From a virus, in the IMG/VR virus record IMGVR_UViG_3300020473_002209, positions 32,001 to 96,000 of that record: a stretch of DNA of 64,000 nucleotides; one strand, written 5' to 3'. Both the position numbers and the translations under genes were made by a program. The notes beneath the pieces are model-generated. The model saw only the letters and a list, made by a program, of their open reading frames with translations, made no database searches and had not been told where the DNA came from. Within the stretch, counting starts at the first letter, position 1. Every line of letters starts with the position of its first letter. This document shows, piece after piece, positions 1-11,200 of the stretch.

Positions 1-4
1 ATTC

Positions 5-1495
5 ATGTCGACAAATCTTTATAAAGAGGCGATAGCAGAAGCGCAGCAGCTAAAGCTGCTTGCTGAGCAAAATGCCAAAAATAAAATTATAGAGGCACTC
101 ACACCGCGCATTCAAGCGATGGTGGAGTCCCAATTGTTATCAGAGCAGGAAGAAATCCAGCTAGTCGATGTCGAAGGACCGATAGCTGATGTGGTTTCTG
201 ATGAACTAATAGATGATGAAGAGGGAGAAGTTGAATCTTCCATTCATATTGATAATGCCGACGGCGTTGTCAATCTTACTGTATCTGAAACATTTCAAAA
301 GAATTTGGGAGAGTTAAAGGCCCAATATACAAACTCTACGTCTTCCGATCGTAATAAGCTAGCCGAAAGAATTGCAAGGCTTCGTGGGAAGGTTAGGAGA
401 ATGGATGCATTGCTGAACGGTTTAAACGCAAATGCATTATCCGAACAGCAAAAGTCTGTAATTAAAAAGTCATACCAAAAATTGTTGGCAGAAGCCGTAA
501 CTTTACGCTCAGAGGCAATAGTTAACTCTAGCAATAAGAGTCAGGGCAACCGTCTAGCAATATTCGAAACACTTAAGGAGATGAATATAATGACTAACAA
601 ACGCAGCCGCGCCATCTTCAACCAACTTTTTGAAGCTGGACTCGGCGAATTAGATGAAATGGAATTGGTGCTCAGTGATGAGGACCTCGAAGCCCTTGGT
701 GTTGAAGACGCTGAAGAGGCTGATGTTGATGCTCTAGACCTTGAGCTCGTCGCCGATGTCGGTGAGGACGAAGAAGTTGAAGGCGAGGAAGAGGAAGCTG
801 AAGGTGAGGAAGAGGAAGCTGAGGGCGAGGAAGAGGAAGAAGTTGCTCTTGACCTTGGTGAGGTTTTCGAAATCGATCCCCGCATGCTGAAGATGGAGCT
901 TCGTAAGCTTCGTAGAATGCGTGAAGCTACTGAAGGAAGTGTCGAAGCTACCGATATGGCTGACCAGTTTGGCGGCGGAGAAGTTGAGGACGAGTCTTTC
1001 ATCGATGTTGATGAAGATGATCTCTTGAACGCTCTTGCTGATGAGCTTGGTGATCCTGGTGTTCCCACCCCAACTGTAGAGTCTCGTCGCCGCCGCGCTA
1101 GAGCAAGCCGTCGTAGAAGAATGGCCGAAAGACGTTCAGGTCGCCGTGCAACAAACTCAACAACTCGTGAGAACCGCGCTCTTAAGCAGCAGCTCTCCGA
1201 AATGAACCTTTTTAACGCAAAACTGCTTTATGTGAATAAACTGATGCAAAATCGTAATGTAAGTTCTAAGCAACAGCGTGCCATAGTCGAGGCCCTTGAT
1301 AATGCCAAGACAATCCGTGAAGCTAAGCTAGTGTACGAAAGTATTACTCGCTCACTTAACAAGAAGTCCCTTTCAGAGGGCAAGAGAAGAGTTCTTGGAT
1401 CTTCTAGTAAGCCAACTCGCAGAGGCTCTGCCGCTGTAAATGAGTCTGGCCAGACAGATCGATGGGCACGACTCGCTGGTATTAAAAACAAATAG
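5..1495 (+). CDS. Prohead scaffold/core protein (T4 gp22-like role)
   Basis: Directly upstream of the major capsid gene. Acidic and coiled-coil rich, with many L/I/V-x-E putative protease sites and a C-terminal RWARLAGI. Confidence 0.7.
   Translation: MSTNLYKEAIAEAQQLKLLAEQNAKNKIIEALTPRIQAMVESQLLSEQEEIQLVDVEGPIADVVSDELIDDEEGEVESSIHIDNADGVVNLTVSETFQKNLGELKAQYTNSTSSDRNKLAERIARLRGKVRRMDALLNGLNANALSEQQKSVIKKSYQKLLAEAVTLRSEAIVNSSNKSQGNRLAIFETLKEMNIMTNKRSRAIFNQLFEAGLGELDEMELVLSDEDLEALGVEDAEEADVDALDLELVADVGEDEEVEGEEEEAEGEEEEAEGEEEEEVALDLGEVFEIDPRMLKMELRKLRRMREATEGSVEATDMADQFGGGEVEDESFIDVDEDDLLNALADELGDPGVPTPTVESRRRRARASRRRRMAERRSGRRATNSTTRENRALKQQLSEMNLFNAKLLYVNKLMQNRNVSSKQQRAIVEALDNAKTIREAKLVYESITRSLNKKSLSEGKRRVLGSSSKPTRRGSAAVNESGQTDRWARLAGIKNK
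518..524 (+). promoter_or_regulatory. Putative internal late promoter (ATAGTTA)
   Basis: Same heptamer that precedes structural genes; followed by AAGGAG (575-580) and an in-frame ATG at 590. Confidence 0.45.
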
Positions 1496-1523
1496 ACGCT
1501 AATCTTTAAAGGAGAAAAAGAAA

Positions 1524-3431
1524 ATGTCAAAGAAGTTCACACTTGACACACTGACGGAAGGTATCCGTCAACGTCACCAAGGCGAATCTAACAAGCGCCT
1601 TACCGAAAAGTGGGCTCGGACTGGTCTTCTTAGGGGTCTCGAGAGCGTCCATCGTGAAAACATGGCAACGTTGCTCGAGAACCAAGCTGGTCAGATCCTT
1701 CGTGAGCAAAACACCCTTGGTGGTGGTGGTCTCACACCTGCTGCAGCTTCCGGAGATATCCGGGGCTTCACTAACATCGCTTTCCCAATCGTCCGTCGAG
1801 TCTTCGGTGGTTTGGTTGCTAACGAGTTAGTCTCAATCCAACCTATGAGCCTTCCTTCCGGACTGCTCTTCTATCTTGACTACACCTACGGCACAAACGT
1901 CGGTGGTACTGTCGACGGTTCAGCTGGCGCTGATACCAGAAACACGTACGACGCTGGTCAGTCAATTTATAATAACCCCGCGGGAATGGGCGTTCGCTCC
2001 GGTTCTCTTGGTACCGGTGGTCAGTATGACCTTGCTGGTTCTGGTTATTCTCGTGTCCACACTGGTTCAGACAGCGGTAACGCCGGTGCATCTTGGATCC
2101 TGAACGCATTCGTTCTTGGTACAAGCTCTGCTCAAAGTCGTTCATCCACCATTTCTGGTGGTGCTGGTTCAACCGGTGCAGACGGTCGTTTCCTTCAGTT
2201 TGACCCACAGGTTACACAGAAGATTGATGATGATAGCAACCCTTACTTCTTCGCTACCGTCCCGCTTGGTGCTCTTGGCTCCAACCTTGACGTAACAGCT
2301 GTTAAGGAAATTGCACTCTTCCATACTGGTACTGTACAAGGTGACCTCGCTACTTTTGGTGAGACATTCCAGGGCGGTCAGGGAGTTTACAACCTTCGTC
2401 GTCTCAACCAGCTCGTTAAGTCTGGTTCTTCAAACGGTACTATCGAACCTGATCCAATGGCGACAGCTCAGAAGGCTGGTTCTGCTATTCTGATGGTTCT
2501 GTCCGGTACTTCGGTTTCAAGCGATGTTGGTGGTTGGAGAATTACCTATCCTAAGACCAACTCACTGAATGTTGATTCTAGTGATGGTGACACTCTTGTC
2601 GTTCCCGTCTTCGAGTCCAACTTCAGCCAGACAAACGCACAGCCTCAGATTCCTGAGATTGACATCAAGATCGAAGCGATCTCGGTTGTCGCTCAGACTC
2701 GTAAGCTTCGCGCTCGTTGGTCACCAGAACTCGCACAGGACTTGAACGCTTACCACAGCCTTGACGCTGAGGTTGAGCTTACTCAAATCCTCTCTGAGCA
2801 GATTGCTCTTGAGATCGACCGCGAGATCCTCAACGACCTCCTTATGCAGGCCGATACGAACTACTACTGGAGCCGTAAGCCCGGCGACTTCGTCAACAAG
2901 AAGTCTGGTGCTGCTGCTGTCAAGGCATCTTCCCTCGCTGGTGGACCCGCCTTTACCGGTACTGTTCGCGAATGGTACGAGACTCTTGTCGAGACCATTA
3001 TCGATGTTGCTAACGAGATTCACCGTAAGACCCTTCGTGGTTCTGCAAACTTCATCGTTGTTTCCCCTGATGTTGCTACTGTCCTTGAAGCCTCCGTGCT
3101 TTACAAGCCAGTCTACAGCATCGACGGCGACGGTCAAGTTGCTCCCGGTATGAGTCTTGGAGCCGAGAAGGTTGGTACACTGAGCAACCGCTTCACAGTC
3201 TACAAGGACCCCTACTTCCCACGCAACAAGATTCTTGTTGGGTACAAGGGTGGTAGCTACCTCGAGACTGGGTATGTATACGCTCCTTACGTGCCACTGA
3301 TCGTTACTCCTACTATCTTCGCTCCCGAAGACTTCACTCCTCGCAAGGGTGTGATGACTCGGTACGGTAAGAAGATGGTGCGTTCCGACTTCTACGGAAC
3401 AGTAACATGCCTTGGTATGGACGTCATCTAA
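1524..3431 (+). CDS. Major capsid protein, T4 gp23-like
   Basis: Motifs AFPIVRRVF, VSIQPMSLPSGLLFY, TRKLRARWSPELAQDL, EIDREIL, YAPYVPL and PRKGVMTRYG are typical of the gp23 family. Confidence 0.95.
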   Translation: MSKKFTLDTLTEGIRQRHQGESNKRLTEKWARTGLLRGLESVHRENMATLLENQAGQILREQNTLGGGGLTPAAASGDIRGFTNIAFPIVRRVFGGLVANELVSIQPMSLPSGLLFYLDYTYGTNVGGTVDGSAGADTRNTYDAGQSIYNNPAGMGVRSGSLGTGGQYDLAGSGYSRVHTGSDSGNAGASWILNAFVLGTSSAQSRSSTISGGAGSTGADGRFLQFDPQVTQKIDDDSNPYFFATVPLGALGSNLDVTAVKEIALFHTGTVQGDLATFGETFQGGQGVYNLRRLNQLVKSGSSNGTIEPDPMATAQKAGSAILMVLSGTSVSSDVGGWRITYPKTNSLNVDSSDGDTLVVPVFESNFSQTNAQPQIPEIDIKIEAISVVAQTRKLRARWSPELAQDLNAYHSLDAEVELTQILSEQIALEIDREILNDLLMQADTNYYWSRKPGDFVNKKSGAAAVKASSLAGGPAFTGTVREWYETLVETIIDVANEIHRKTLRGSANFIVVSPDVATVLEASVLYKPVYSIDGDGQVAPGMSLGAEKVGTLSNRFTVYKDPYFPRNKILVGYKGGSYLETGYVYAPYVPLIVTPTIFAPEDFTPRKGVMTRYGKKMVRSDFYGTVTCLGMDVI

Positions 3432-3457
3432 TCTGATTAGACGAAGTCAAAATATTC

Positions 3458-3488
3458 AGGGGCGGTCCTTTCGGGGTCCGCCCCTTTT
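3458..3488 (+). terminator. Rho-independent terminator after capsid gene
   Basis: AGGGGCGG...CCGCCCCT stem followed by a T run. Confidence 0.85.
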
Positions 3489-3514
3489 ATTATGTCAAAT
3501 CTGAAGCTCACATC

Positions 3515-3521
3515 ATACTTA
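3515..3521 (+). promoter_or_regulatory. Putative late promoter (ATACTTA)
   Basis: ATAnTTA motif between the terminator and the next structural gene. Confidence 0.5.
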
Positions 3522-3609
3522 AGTGTTAGCACGGTGCATGCATAATGACTGACCCCACCGGTCGCATCGACGTCTGTGGACTAACATTCCAACTTAAAGG
3601 AGAAAAATT

Positions 3610-4056
3610 ATGCCTTCAATTAAAGTAACCCCTACGAAGGGTTTATTTCAGAGAGGTGGGACAACTACTATTCCCAACGGCACCCTCTCTGGACACAAGC
3701 AAGTTTGCTTGGCGAAGTCATCTGCTTATACTTTGACACAAGCTGATTGCGGATCAGTGATTACAGTCACAGGTACTACGACGATTACGCTACCTGCCGC
3801 TAGCACCAGCAAGGGATTCCACTTCCTGCTTTTCTCTGGTGATACAGGCACGCACACATATGAATCCGCAGGGTCAAGTGATATAAGCGCTTATAACGCA
3901 CACTCGACTGCCGACAGTGGCGCGTATGTCACAAGAGCGCATGCAATTGACAGCATAGCGGTTACTGGTGACATCGGTAACAGAGTAGAATTATGGTGCA
4001 ACGGCACCTGGTGGATTGCAACAGTAATTTCCGATGCAGTCGCAACAATGTCATAA
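3610..4056 (+). CDS. Putative capsid decoration/structural protein
   Basis: Strong RBS (AAGGAG). Beta-rich, T/S/G-rich (AYTLTQADCGSVITV...TITLPAA) and next to the capsid gene. Confidence 0.5.
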   Translation: MPSIKVTPTKGLFQRGGTTTIPNGTLSGHKQVCLAKSSAYTLTQADCGSVITVTGTTTITLPAASTSKGFHFLLFSGDTGTHTYESAGSSDISAYNAHSTADSGAYVTRAHAIDSIAVTGDIGNRVELWCNGTWWIATVISDAVATMS

Positions 4057-4093
4057 AACATAAAAGCATAAAAAATAATAAGGAGATATAAAA

Positions 4094-4486
4094 ATGCCAA
4101 AGATTCATTTAGACCCCACTTTAAAGGGGATTGAAATTAAAGAAAAGAACGCTGGAGTGGATGCAAAATTCGTCCAGGGTGATACAAGGGTCAGAAGCTC
4201 GCTGCAAACCTTAAGTGGTAATGGCGAGACAATTACTGTTTTAGATAAGGGTATGGTCATCCGCATTGATGCTGGAGGCGGTGCGCGCACAGGCACGATC
4301 CTGCAACAGGGTTCTGTTGACGGCCAGATCATAATTCTTGTTAATGTCGGGGGTGAAAAAATCACCATGGCTGCCGCAGGAACTTCTAATGTCGCATCCG
4401 GAACAGGGTGTGCTATAGACACTGGTACATCTTACCTTTGTGTTTACGACTCAACAGTCGGTGATTGGTTCCCTGCAGAGACTTGA
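4094..4486 (+). CDS. Putative structural protein (beta-rich)
   Basis: RBS AAGGAG; GQIIILVN...LCVYD..W resembles the fold pattern of the preceding ORF. Confidence 0.45.
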   Translation: MPKIHLDPTLKGIEIKEKNAGVDAKFVQGDTRVRSSLQTLSGNGETITVLDKGMVIRIDAGGGARTGTILQQGSVDGQIIILVNVGGEKITMAAAGTSNVASGTGCAIDTGTSYLCVYDSTVGDWFPAET

Positions 4487-4512
4487 TATTTAAGCCTTTG
4501 TATCCAATATTC

Positions 4513-4543
4513 AAATGCCACCTTTCGGGGTGGCATTTTTTTT
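4513..4543 (+). terminator. Rho-independent terminator
   Basis: AAATGCCACC-T-TTCG-G-GGTGGCATTT stem-loop followed by poly-T. Confidence 0.85.
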
Positions 4544-4598
4544 ACTTTACTGTTTGAATTGTTGTGTTATATTGTAATTCCTTGGAGGATAGAACAAC

Positions 4599-4886
4599 AT
4601 GGCAACCACTAGCAAGGCAGCAACGCCAAAGCGAACTACTAAGACAAAGTCGACAACTACAACTACTGATACGACCGCGCTTCAGGCTCAGGTTACGACT
4701 CTCCAGTCACAGGTAGAAACTTTGACTTCTCAAGTCACAAACCTAACAGCAGCGCTTGAGGGTAGAGATATTGATGGAGACGGAATTCCAGATGTCGCTG
4801 GTCTTAAGGCTCGCGTTGATAATATTGTGAATTTTTTAAAGCGTAAGTGGGGCCAAGGTCCCATGGAACAAAACGGCATTCACTAG
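4599..4886 (+). CDS. Hypothetical protein with coiled coil and DxDGDGxPD Ca-binding-like motif
   Basis: GGAGG RBS; K/T-rich N-terminus; heptad LQAQVTTLQSQVETL; DIDGDGIPD. Confidence 0.6.
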   Translation: MATTSKAATPKRTTKTKSTTTTTDTTALQAQVTTLQSQVETLTSQVTNLTAALEGRDIDGDGIPDVAGLKARVDNIVNFLKRKWGQGPMEQNGIH

Positions 4887-4940
4887 CCAAAACCGCCGTT
4901 TTTTGAAAAAAGTTCGAGAAGACATTTGTCGCCCTACATA

Positions 4941-4947
4941 ATAGTTA
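4941..4947 (+). promoter_or_regulatory. Putative late promoter (ATAGTTA) inside a hairpin
   Basis: Motif flanked by the CCCTAC/GTAGGG inverted repeat, 15 nt before the ATG at 4963. Confidence 0.55.
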
Positions 4948-4962
4948 TCAGTAGGGTGATTA

Positions 4963-6138
4963 ATGTCTTCTTTTGCTTATACTAAAAATCCAACTCCGTT
5001 TAGCTTTTTTGATACCGATACTGAGTTTCAAACAGAAGCAAATGCTATAGTTTCGTTTGTCAAGAGAAAGCTTGGTGACGATATTCTAAGCGTTGAGTTA
5101 ACAAAAAAACAAATGTGGGCCTGCTTTGAAGAGTCATTTTTAGAGTACGGCCGTATAATCAATGAAGCAGACGCAAAGTCGCAGTTGACAAATCTTCTTG
5201 GATATTCAACCGGAAGTAACAAGACGGGATTATTTCCTAAGCAGAACCTGGAATTCCTCTTACGGATGGCTGAGCCGTATTCAATGGAGGCTGGTATTGG
5301 TGGCTCATACAACGAGGTTTCTGGTTCAATCCAGCTAGAATATAAGCGGCAAGACTATAACATCTATGACGAGTTAAAAGACGGGAACGGAACCCTCATT
5401 GTATCGAGTAGCCGAAATTCGCCCCGTACTAAGATGCGCATAAAAGAAGTTTTTCACTTCAGCCCACAGGCTGCGTATAGATTTTTTGACACAACATCAG
5501 CGGTTAATTATCTTAATAATGAATTTAGCTTTGAGTCATTTACACCAGAAACTATTTTTTACGTTTTACCTGTTTTTGAAGATGTCCTGCGAGCAGGCCA
5601 AATGGACATATCAAATCGAGTGAGAAAATCAAATTATTCTTACAGAATTATTGGCGAGAAAATTAGGATTTATCCTATGCCCACCGAGCTAACTGGGTCT
5701 AGTAATCCAATGAAGCTTTGGATTCGCGTCGCATTCGCTCCTGATCCATACGATCCAGACATTCAAGATGATACGATCTATGGTACGTCCAATTTATCAA
5801 ACGTACCTTTTGGGAGGATGAGTTATAAGCATACAAATTCTGTGGGTAGACAATGGGTACGTGAATATACATTGGCGCTATGTAAAGAATTATTAGGGCA
5901 GGTCCGTTCCAAGTTTGCATCGGTACCGATTCCATCTGGGGACCTAAACCTTAATGGTACAGACTTGGTTTCGCAAGGACGCGAAGACCAGACAAGACTA
6001 AGAGACCAGTTGGTAGAATTATTAGACAGTCTTACCTATAGTAAGTTGTTAGAAGGACAAGCTACAGATGCAGAAAACATTATGAGAGCTTTAAAGGCAA
6101 TGCCGATGCCTTTGGGCAAATCCATTATCATCAAGTGA
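4963..6138 (+). CDS. Neck/head-tail adaptor protein (gp13-like)
   Basis: Position after head genes; KRKLG...VEL at the N-terminus and WVREYTLALCKELLGQVRSKF..P.G.LNLNG at the C-terminus, as in gp13-like neck proteins. Confidence 0.75.
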   Translation: MSSFAYTKNPTPFSFFDTDTEFQTEANAIVSFVKRKLGDDILSVELTKKQMWACFEESFLEYGRIINEADAKSQLTNLLGYSTGSNKTGLFPKQNLEFLLRMAEPYSMEAGIGGSYNEVSGSIQLEYKRQDYNIYDELKDGNGTLIVSSSRNSPRTKMRIKEVFHFSPQAAYRFFDTTSAVNYLNNEFSFESFTPETIFYVLPVFEDVLRAGQMDISNRVRKSNYSYRIIGEKIRIYPMPTELTGSSNPMKLWIRVAFAPDPYDPDIQDDTIYGTSNLSNVPFGRMSYKHTNSVGRQWVREYTLALCKELLGQVRSKFASVPIPSGDLNLNGTDLVSQGREDQTRLRDQLVELLDSLTYSKLLEGQATDAENIMRALKAMPMPLGKSIIIK

Positions 6139-6149
6139 GGTTTTAGAAT

Positions 6150-6824
6150 ATGGCGAGACTTTTCATAACCCCACGCGAACAGGACTTAATTTCTGATCTC
6201 ACTAAAGAGATAATGAAAGATGTAGTAGGTCAAAAGATTTACTATTACGCTGTTCGTACTGATGTGACACACATTCATGATGTTTATGAAGAGGCCATCG
6301 ACAAATATTTCGACCCGCCCCTTGAGATTGAAGCCCAAGTTTTGTGGTCACCGCAGACTGTTATCACGAATCGTTTCGGTTCTGAGCAACTTTATACTAT
6401 CGAAGTGTATCTTCACTACAAAGACTTAATAGATAGAGATATAGACGTTCAAGAAGGAGACTATTTTTCTTACGGTGAAACGTTTTTTGAGATTACATCA
6501 TTAACATGGCAGTCTAATATCTATGGAGAAATTGAGTATATGACAGGAGTTAAGCTTCTTGGCAAGCAAGCAAGGAAAGGACTTATCGATAAGCCACCAA
6601 TCGGTCCAACTGATGAAGCATACTATCCTGGCGACCCTGACGCAATTCAACGTACGTTTATTCAGCAACGAGGTTTCGCTGAAAACGCGGAAGGCCCGAC
6701 GGGTGATAAGAGGGCCCTAATAGAGCAAGGAAAATTACAACTGCCACCTGAGCCGGCACCGGCAGAAGTATCACCAGAAGGTTCACCCGGCGAAATAAGC
6801 TCTGCTTTCTACGACGAGAGTTAA
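6150..6824 (+). CDS. Head closure/neck protein (gp14-like)
   Basis: Synteny after the gp13-like gene; GQKIYYY...VYEEAIDKYF pattern. Confidence 0.6.
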   Translation: MARLFITPREQDLISDLTKEIMKDVVGQKIYYYAVRTDVTHIHDVYEEAIDKYFDPPLEIEAQVLWSPQTVITNRFGSEQLYTIEVYLHYKDLIDRDIDVQEGDYFSYGETFFEITSLTWQSNIYGEIEYMTGVKLLGKQARKGLIDKPPIGPTDEAYYPGDPDAIQRTFIQQRGFAENAEGPTGDKRALIEQGKLQLPPEPAPAEVSPEGSPGEISSAFYDES

Positions 6825-6825
6825 T

Positions 6826-8154
6826 ATGGCAACAAGATATTCATTAACAAAAGGTAAGTACCAGACAGTTGATACTGGTTATGACAGCGGAGACGTCGTT
6901 GATGACTTCACTATACCCTCTTGTACGATAGAAGATGTTGATAGAGGAGTATTTGATTTATTCAACAAAGAGCTACCATTATTTTATAAGCGTAAAGATC
7001 AGCAGAAGCGTGTGCCTGTAATATTCGCAACAGGTGAGCGCTTCGCGATCTTGGCTAGAAACAAACCTTTGAGAGACAAGTCTAACGCATTAATTCTACC
7101 CTTAATTTCCGTTATAAGAACCGGCATAGACCAAGAAGGTGCAAAAGGCGCAGGACAATTTCAGGGCGGACCTATTACTATTAAAGCTCGACTAAGCGAA
7201 GATGACTTAAGATATCAAAGACTTCAGAACAATAATGGGTTCAAGAATTCAGACGAAAATGCTATAGCTGCATTTGACAAATTGAATAATGGTGACGGAG
7301 GCGGAACAACAAACGGCCGCCTTGCAACTCGCAGAGGTATGCCAGTGATACCAACGTCAAGCAGACGAGGCACAATTTTAATACCAAGCGTAAAGAAAAA
7401 CTTGATGGAAATGATTCAAATTCCCCCAATTAAGCAGTATACTGCGACCTATGAGATTACTTTTTGGACGCAATACACTCAAGAAATGAATTCGATGCTC
7501 AATGTTTTGATGGGCGGTTATGTAGAAAATAGAAGGCGTACTTTCGTTATTGAGACTGAGAGCGGATACAGGTTTTCTGCATTTGTTGATGCGGCACTAA
7601 CACCGCAGAATAATTTTGATGATTTTACAGATACAGAGAGACTAGTCAAATATAACCTAACAATGAGTGTTGCAGCATATATGGTCGCAGCTCAAGAGCC
7701 CGGGATGCCAGTGCCATTTAGAAAAACTGTTTCTTCACCTGATGTTGCTTTTGGCGTAAGTCAAACCATCGGTGGAGTACCGGCATCCCCACCACCCGCA
7801 GGAATCCCATCTGGTGATCCGATGGCATGGATTTTTGCCGGTACCACCCCAGCAGATGAAGGTGATCCACCCGGCGGGATAGGTTCACCGAGAGGTGCGA
7901 ACGCAATTGGCGGGTTCCCAGGAACCCCAACAGTAGAAGTCGGAGGGCAATCTGCAGCAAATCTTGCAGGTCCAGCGAGATTAACGAGTCCGACGACTAT
8001 AATTACAACTATCAACCCATTTACAGGAAAGAAAGAGCATCTCGAAATCATAATTTCAAGCGCGGATCCCAAGACGGGAGAAGCAGTTTTTAAGTTTAGT
8101 AAGAAGTCCCCCAGTGGCTTTGCACTCGATCTTGGGAAACTACTCAAAGATTGA
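6826..8154 (+). CDS. Tail terminator/sheath stabilizer (gp15-like)
   Basis: VPVIFATGERF, LPLISVIRTGI and YEITFWTQY..EMN motifs; lies immediately before the sheath. Confidence 0.6.
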   Translation: MATRYSLTKGKYQTVDTGYDSGDVVDDFTIPSCTIEDVDRGVFDLFNKELPLFYKRKDQQKRVPVIFATGERFAILARNKPLRDKSNALILPLISVIRTGIDQEGAKGAGQFQGGPITIKARLSEDDLRYQRLQNNNGFKNSDENAIAAFDKLNNGDGGGTTNGRLATRRGMPVIPTSSRRGTILIPSVKKNLMEMIQIPPIKQYTATYEITFWTQYTQEMNSMLNVLMGGYVENRRRTFVIETESGYRFSAFVDAALTPQNNFDDFTDTERLVKYNLTMSVAAYMVAAQEPGMPVPFRKTVSSPDVAFGVSQTIGGVPASPPPAGIPSGDPMAWIFAGTTPADEGDPPGGIGSPRGANAIGGFPGTPTVEVGGQSAANLAGPARLTSPTTIITTINPFTGKKEHLEIIISSADPKTGEAVFKFSKKSPSGFALDLGKLLKD

Positions 8155-8188
8155 TAAAGCTATATGAGACATTTAGGCATCGTACGAA

Positions 8189-8195
8189 ATAGTTA
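8189..8195 (+). promoter_or_regulatory. Putative late promoter (ATAGTTA)
   Basis: Intergenic, upstream of sheath 1. Confidence 0.55.
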
Positions 8196-8228
8196 TTTGT
8201 GATATAGAAGATCCAGGAGACCCGACTC

Positions 8229-11200
8229 ATGGCAGAGCAAACATTTAGATCCCCAGGTTTTTTTGAGCGTGAAATCGACGCGACAGCAAGAGAAACCTCA
8301 ATCGTAGGTACTCCAGCAGGTGTTGTTGGAACCGCACAAAAAGGTCCTGCGTTCGTACCGGTAACGGTCGGAAGCATGACAGACTTTATCAATAAGTTTG
8401 GCGATATTGATACAAACAGATTTGGTCCTTACGCTGTGCAAGCATTCCTGGCAAACAGGACTGCACTAACCTACATGAGAGTGCTAGGCGCCGGCGCAAA
8501 TGAGACCACAACAGATATTGAGAACACCCAAAACAAGGGTATCGTAAAAAACGCAGGGTTCAAAATAGTCCCCGCTACCTCACAGTGGAACATCGATACC
8601 GCTCTCGGCGCAAGCGTTGGAAAGTACGATGATAGCTGCGTCCAGTTTCTTGTTGCGAAGCACTACGTTTCAGGCGCGACAGACTATTCTCACCCAATGT
8701 TCGTTGATAACCCTTCTTTCGATAGTTCGGGCGGAGACAACGTAAACTTGGTCCGAGGTGTTATCTTTACTGCTTCGGGAAGTCGTATGCAGATCCTTGA
8801 TATTGGTGAAACTTGGACGAACATCCTAGACTCCAGAGCGAGTCTGCTTGAATCCAATTTATTCGCTCTGGCTGTGTCTTCATCAAGAGGTGGGGCTTAC
8901 ACTACTCAATATGGTGTAACAGATAAGTACGGCGCGAAAGTTGCTGGACCAGGTGTCAATATTATGACAGCGTCACTTGACCCGTCAAGCAACAATTACA
9001 TTTCTAAGGTACTCAATACTGATCCGCTTAAGTTTTACGAGCATCAGCACCTTTTATACCTCGACTTTGCTGTTGAGGCAGAGATCGCTGGATTGCTGGA
9101 AGGTTCAGCTGGCTGCATTGGACTCCTCTCAGGCTCACAAGACCAGCTAAACAATGCGATTGACGGAAAAGCACTCGGTAGCTTCGGTCGTTTTGATACA
9201 AGATATACGACTGCTCAAACCCCCATGATTTTCTCGCAACCTTATGGTGGCACTGAGTATGAGCTCTTTCACTTCGAGTCACTTTCTGATGGTGAGTATG
9301 CAAATGACAACGTAAAGATCACCATAGCTAATCTGCGGGCTTCTACCGATGGAAACTATCCGTACCCCGAGTTCGAAGTTCAAGTTAGAAAGTTCGATGA
9401 TTCAGATATGGACCCGAAAGTATTGGAGACATACCCTGCTTGTAACCTTGATCCTGGCTCTGAAAACTTTATTGCTAGAAAGATCGGTGATTACAAGGCA
9501 CGATACAACTTTGACGCAGACTCTGATGCAGAAAAGAGAATTATCGTTACCGGACGTTACGCAAACGTATCTAACTTCGTTCGCGTAGTAATGAAAGAGG
9601 CAGTGTATAACCGCCTTATTCCGAAAGATGCATGTCCGTTCGGCTTCGAGGGACTTCCGGTTCTTAAAACAACAGATTCTATGACAGACAACGCCGCGAA
9701 CCTTAAAGAGAATGGTGTTGTTTACGGAAATGTTGTTGATGATACCGACTCGCCAGGTGGGCGTATGTGGGGTGCAGGCGATTCGGATGAAGCTAATGCA
9801 GGCGCAGCGCTTCTTAGATCGATTGTACCGCCCCTTCCCTTCCGCTTTAAGATTACTCGAGGTAATGTAAAGAACAATTATTCAGGTATGGCAGGTGACC
9901 CGAGTTCAAGAGAGATTGTCGATAGACGCCTTAACTGGGGTGTTAAGTGGTCTCGCTGTCCTGAAACAGGTAGCATGGACAACGCGAACCTAAACGTTAA
10001 CGCTTCTAACATTGCGAATCCGCTTATTAAGGCATACGCTAAAATGAACGGAATCTCTCTTCTAGATACAGTCGTTACCGGTTCTGGTAAGAATGCTTTT
10101 AACGCCAACAAATTCACTCTTGCTAGAGTTGCTCTAGTCGGAACTGGTAGCGGTGGATCAGCTAAGACGCTTTACTGGCTAACAGGAAGCGGTGAAGAAG
10201 TCATGAAGGAAGCTTGCTATATCAGAAATGGTGTACCCGACTCCCAGAATTACGTTATTATGGATCCTGATAAGACCAACCAGGGTCGTGTAACGCTGGC
10301 TACGCTTGTGCAGTCAAGCTCTGTTAAGTTCAACCGCTTTACAGCATACACTGCCTTCAACATTCCGATGTACGGTGGTTTTGATGGCGTAAACATTCTT
10401 AATAAAGAAATGTACTATATGACTGATAGGGCTGCTTCGACGGATGCCACAACTGGAGGGTTCACAGGATACGCTTCTGATGAGTTCGACCAGGGAACGA
10501 TTGGTCTTTCACCATCGTATAGCGATGGTTCCTTGGCTAACCAGTCTGGACAAGGAAGACTCAATAACAGCATCGCGGCATATCGAAAAGCTGCTGAGAT
10601 CATGACAGATGCGATGACTACAAGAATTAACATTCTAGCTATCCCTGGTATTCGTGATGCATACGTTACTGATCATGCTGCTCTTAAGACGAAAGAGTAC
10701 TCAATGGCCATGTACGTGATGGACATCCCATCCTGGACCGAAAGCGAAACACGCTTATTCGGCGGTGAAGATAGCTCTAAGATCGCTAGTGCATCCTACT
10801 CATTACCAGATGTCAGAGAAACAGCTGAACAGTTTGAGTCAAGAGTATTTGATAATAACTACACAGCAGCTTACTTCCCAGATGTGTACATCACAGACTC
10901 TACCACGATGAACAAGGTTCAGGTTCCAGCATCCGTCGCAGTAATGTCTGCCTTAGGATATAATGATAAGGTCGCGTATCCCTGGTTCGCACCAGCAGGA
11001 TTCAATCGCGGTGGATTAGGGATTGTAAGTAACACAGCTGTTCGATTAACAGCGGGTGACAGAGACGATCTATACGATGCCCGTATTAACCCAATCGCGA
11101 ACTTCTCAGATGGAAGCTTCGTGATATTCGGTCAGAAGACTTGCCAGCTTGCTAAGTCTGCTCTAGATAGAGTCAACGTTCGTAGAATGTTATTGGAAGT

